Assembly: GCA_965662175.1 (NCBI GenBank)
Contig: CBFIGT010000076.1
Coordinates: 1 to 10,747 of the forward strand
Direction: 5' to 3'
Length of the DNA: 10,747 nucleotides
From: Arcobacter sp.
GTDB lineage: Bacteria; Campylobacterota; Campylobacteria; Campylobacterales; Arcobacteraceae
The position numbers were made by a program, and so were the translations under genes. The notes below the pieces were generated by a model. That model was not told where the DNA came from, made no database searches, and worked only from the letters and a program-made list of their open reading frames with translations. Of this stretch, positions 7,813 through 10,747 are shown piece by piece. Positions within the stretch are counted from its first letter, which is position 1; each line of letters starts with the position of its first letter.

Positions 7813-10287
7813 TTATAGTTCCATTAGTTTTCTAAGTTCAATATCATCCATAATTTTATTTATAGATAAAACTATTCTATCTTCAATCTCCATAACTTTA
7901 ATGTTATTTTCTCTTATTCCAACTATATTTCTAATATTATTTTCATTTATTATTTTTATATCATTTTCATCAATTCTAGTTAAATCAATCAAAATATACT
8001 CTTTATTATTTTTAATATCTTCTAAGTTCATTACTTGGATAATATTTTTATAATTTCTAACTTTACTTATAAGTTCAATATTAGTAACAGGATCACTATT
8101 ATAAATAAAAATTCTTTCTTCATTTGATTTAAAGATAGTTTCTTGTTTATTTTTTATATCTAAAAGAGCTAAACTCTCAAGAAGTCCTTCATTTTTGGCA
8201 ATTGTTACCTCAAACTTACTACCTTTGTCAAGTTCACTTGATACATAAACATCTCCTTTTAACAACATTGCTAACTCTTTACATATTGCTAAGCCTAATC
8301 CTGTACCTCCATATTTTCTGGTAGTACTTCCATCTACTTGTTTAAATCTATCAAATATATGCTCTAATTTATCTTTTGGTATTCCTATACCCTCATCTTC
8401 TACTATTATTCTTATATTCTCTTTATCATCTTTTACTACTAGGCTTATTCTTCCCTTTTCTGTAAACTTAAGTGCATTTGATAATAGATTCTTTATTATT
8501 TGTTTTATTCTATCTTCATCACTATAGATACTCTCTAGACTCTCATCTATTTTCATTACAAAATCTATATTTTTCATTTTTGTTTGTGGATAAAACATAT
8601 CATAAATTGAACTCATCAAATCTTTTAGATTTATACTACTATTATTTACTATTATTTGTCCTGCTTCTAATTTTGACAAATCAAGCACATCATTTATCAA
8701 AAACAGCAAATCTTTCCCACACTTATTTATTATTTGCAAATTCTTTACTTGTTTCTCATCAAGTTTACCTGACCTATTTTTTGCCATTACATCACTTATT
8801 ACATTTATTGAGTTTAGTGGTGTTTTTAGTTCATGACTCATATTTGCTAGAAAGTCATCTTTTGCTTTTGAAAGCTCCTCAGCTTCAACCTTTGCTTCAT
8901 AAAGTCTTTGAGTCCTTTCATTTAGTTCATTCATCATAGTTACAAAATTACTATTAAGTGTATAAATCTCAGAAATATCAGTATCTAGAAGTTCAATTTT
9001 ACTATCTGTAGTTTTGATTTGTGAAGTTTCATCTGAAAGCTTTTCGATTGGCTCTGTAATAGTTTTTGAAAAACCTCTTATTTTTTTCAAAAGTAAATAG
9101 AAAAATATTACATAAAAAACCAATAAAAGAGCAATTGCTATATATCCTATTTTATTAGATAACTCTTTTAACTCATTAATAGTTTTAAAGATATTATCTT
9201 TATCAATTAATATCATTAATTTCCAACTTGTTTCATCAACATTTTGCTGTAATGTTAAATACTCTTTATTAGAAATCTTCAAAGAATCCATAGTTTTATT
9301 ATTTTCAATTAAATTTTTAAAGTGTGCAGCAAAAGGTGAGGCATTTGTTAAGATATTAAACTTTTCAGGTTTTTCAATAGTTTTTAAAATTGCATCTGTA
9401 TATAAATGCTCTTTTAACTCTTTTAATCCTAAAAGATTCTCTATTTTTTCAGACATAGCAATAATCATACCTGTTTCATCTACCATAAAAAGATTAGCTC
9501 CATATGGAAGTTTTCTATTTAAAATATTTTTTACAAAATCATCAATTGTAATATCTAAACCTGTAACACCCTCTAAAAAATCATTTTTATAAATAGGAAC
9601 AATACATGATAACATCCAACCGTTTCCAGCAGGATCCAAATAAGCACCCGTCCAAGCAGGCTCTTTTTTTGGATTATGTTTTAAGTCAGCTAAGTAATAG
9701 AAATTATAATCTTCCATTTGAATATGTGATCCATACTGTTCATAAACTTTATCAATAAAAGGATAAAGTCTATTCATATTATCCCAACTATTAAAATAAG
9801 AGGCTACGATATTAGGATTTGCATCTACTATATTTTTTAGATTTATATCCATAGCTTCTGTAAATAAAGCCTTATCTAAACTCTCTTTATCAATTTTTGT
9901 ATTTGCTGAATAGTATAAACTAGCTCCAACATTATTTGTTTTATAAAAAACTCCATTTTCAGCTTTTTCAAAACTTGGTTTACCATTTGGATAAGCAAAA
10001 CCTTTTGGGTTTTCAAATATTGTTTGATGTTCAGCTTGTAAGATACGTGCTAATCTAGATACTTCATTTAATTTATCACTAATAAAATTAGCTTCATTTA
10101 AAAGTAAAGCTTGTGTATGTGTTTGTGCTTCATTTAATAACAATTTAACATTTTTTGATGAAATGTAAGCGTTAATAGAAAAATACATAATTAAAAGTGT
10201 CACTTCAACAACTAATATTGGAATCAGTGAGAACTTCACAAAATGTGAAGAGAGTATCTTATCAAGCTTTTTATAAACGGTTTTCAT
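7813..10287 (-). CDS. dCache_1-type sensor histidine kinase (TM, dCache, TM, HAMP, HisKA, HATPase_c, degenerate receiver)
   Basis: About 340-aa extracytoplasmic region with Cache motifs PAWTGAYLDPAGNGWMLSCIVPIY...GVTGLDITID and LFMVDETGMIIA...SWKLMILI. TM2 IGYIAIALLLVFYVIFFYLLL, HAMP (ITEPIEKL...EIYTLNSNFVTM), intact kinase boxes, REC-like tail. Confidence 0.93.
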   Translation of the reverse strand: MKTVYKKLDKILSSHFVKFSLIPILVVEVTLLIMYFSINAYISSKNVKLLLNEAQTHTQALLLNEANFISDKLNEVSRLARILQAEHQTIFENPKGFAYPNGKPSFEKAENGVFYKTNNVGASLYYSANTKIDKESLDKALFTEAMDINLKNIVDANPNIVASYFNSWDNMNRLYPFIDKVYEQYGSHIQMEDYNFYYLADLKHNPKKEPAWTGAYLDPAGNGWMLSCIVPIYKNDFLEGVTGLDITIDDFVKNILNRKLPYGANLFMVDETGMIIAMSEKIENLLGLKELKEHLYTDAILKTIEKPEKFNILTNASPFAAHFKNLIENNKTMDSLKISNKEYLTLQQNVDETSWKLMILIDKDNIFKTINELKELSNKIGYIAIALLLVFYVIFFYLLLKKIRGFSKTITEPIEKLSDETSQIKTTDSKIELLDTDISEIYTLNSNFVTMMNELNERTQRLYEAKVEAEELSKAKDDFLANMSHELKTPLNSINVISDVMAKNRSGKLDEKQVKNLQIINKCGKDLLFLINDVLDLSKLEAGQIIVNNSSINLKDLMSSIYDMFYPQTKMKNIDFVMKIDESLESIYSDEDRIKQIIKNLLSNALKFTEKGRISLVVKDDKENIRIIVEDEGIGIPKDKLEHIFDRFKQVDGSTTRKYGGTGLGLAICKELAMLLKGDVYVSSELDKGSKFEVTIAKNEGLLESLALLDIKNKQETIFKSNEERIFIYNSDPVTNIELISKVRNYKNIIQVMNLEDIKNNKEYILIDLTRIDENDIKIINENNIRNIVGIRENNIKVMEIEDRIVLSINKIMDDIELRKLMEL
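8152..8199. repeat. 48-bp segment identical to 10700-10747 (post-HATPase linker AKNEGLLESLALLDIK)
   Basis: ttttatatctaaaagagctaaactctcaagaagtccttcatttttggc occurs exactly at both positions (offset 2548). Confidence 0.95.
8209..8868. repeat. Direct repeat copy B (660 bp) encoding the HisKA-HATPase core
   Basis: 656/660 identical to 6354-7013. The encoded 220 aa (KAKDDF...GSKFE) are identical. Confidence 0.97.
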
Positions 10288-10303
10288 TTTACTTTTTTTC
10301 CTA

Positions 10304-10747
10304 CTATATTTTTTCTAAAATTGTTTCATTAATAGGTTTTTTCAAGCAAATAGAGTTATTACTATCAAAACCTTTAATATTATCTTCATAGATTATTATC
10401 AAATCGTCTTTATCAAATGAACTATTTAATAAACTTATCTCATCATCAGATATTTTTGAAATATCTATAATTACTTTCCTTTTAATATCTTTATAACTAT
10501 TTATTAAGAAAGTTAAATCTGAACTTTGTTTTACATTAAACTTTTTATTTAAAATAATGATAACAGAAAAGAGATTAATAGGGTCATTATTAAAAACTAA
10601 AATCTCTTTTTTCTCGTCAGTTTTTTCTATAAAATCAACTTTATCTTCAATTTCTTCATATTTTTCATTATGCTCTTTTTCTTTATTATTGATATCTTCT
10701 TTTATATCTAAAAGAGCTAAACTCTCAAGAAGTCCTTCATTTTTGGC
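10304..10747 (-). CDS. 3' end of a further sensor histidine kinase (linker plus degenerate receiver), 5'-partial and absent from the ORF track
   Basis: Hand translation: AKNEGLLESLALLDIKEDINNKEKEHNEKYEEIEDKVDFIEKTDEKKEILVFNNDPINLFSVIIILNKKFNVKQSSDLTFLINSYKDIKRKVIIDISKISDDEISLLNSSFDKDDLIIIYEDNIKGFDSNNSICLKKPINETILEKI*. TAG at 10306-10304. The first 16 aa are identical to the linker of 7813..10287. Confidence 0.9.
   Translation of the reverse strand, partial: AKNEGLLESLALLDIKEDINNKEKEHNEKYEEIEDKVDFIEKTDEKKEILVFNNDPINLFSVIIILNKKFNVKQSSDLTFLINSYKDIKRKVIIDISKISDDEISLLNSSFDKDDLIIIYEDNIKGFDSNNSICLKKPINETILEKI
10700..10747. repeat. Exact 48-bp copy of 8152-8199 running off the window edge; probable 3' boundary of a third kinase-core copy
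   Basis: Identity is unbroken to the last base of the window. Confidence 0.9.

Noticed and set aside
6354..8868. Diversity-generating retroelement TR/VR pair
   Set aside because: The mismatches are synonymous, go in both directions and are not adenine-specific on the coding strand. Both copies are coding, and no reverse transcriptase is present in the window.
6354..8868. IS element or composite transposon bounded by the repeats
   Set aside because: The repeats encode kinase cores. No transposase, terminal inverted repeats or target-site duplications were seen.
6617..8939. Plus-strand ORFs 6617..7018, 6778..6981 and 8472..8939
   Set aside because: Antisense shadows of the purine-rich kinase cores, with low-complexity Leu/His/Tyr/Phe content. 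Their mutual similarity only reflects the DNA repeat.
10197..10391. Plus-strand 64-aa ORF
   Set aside because: It overlaps two minus-strand kinase genes antisense and shows no protein features.
1..10747. CRISPR array, tRNA or rRNA genes
   Set aside because: The window is almost entirely protein-coding, with gaps of 82 bp or less. No regularly spaced short repeats or structured RNA signatures were seen.

Overview
Very AT-rich bacterial DNA. The gene content and the H-Q-x-K-Q-P kinase H-box suggest Campylobacterota, probably Arcobacteraceae (inference). On the + strand lie the 3' part of a probable M14 zinc carboxypeptidase with Fn3-like and DNRLRE-like accessory domains (frame open to base 1), then a gamma-carbonic-anhydrase-family gene with its own sigma70-like promoter. 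On the - strand is a tightly packed signalling array. In transcription order it contains: a partial sensor kinase (10304..>10747, missed by the ORF track), a dCache-HAMP kinase, a HAMP kinase, an orphan PhnD-fold periplasmic binding protein, another HAMP kinase, and a cytoplasmic REC-HisKA-HATPase hybrid. The main unusual feature is that two kinases with unrelated sensor domains share a 660-bp kinase core identical at 656/660 nt, with all 4 differences synonymous. A 48-bp exact match at the right edge links the upstream kinase to the same family and hints at a third copy outside the window. The shared core has a strong purine-ending codon skew that the diverged paralogue lacks. Three kinases end in degenerate receiver domains. 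Overall this looks like a concertedly evolving, many-inputs-one-output kinase array. No RNA genes, CRISPR arrays or mobile elements were seen.
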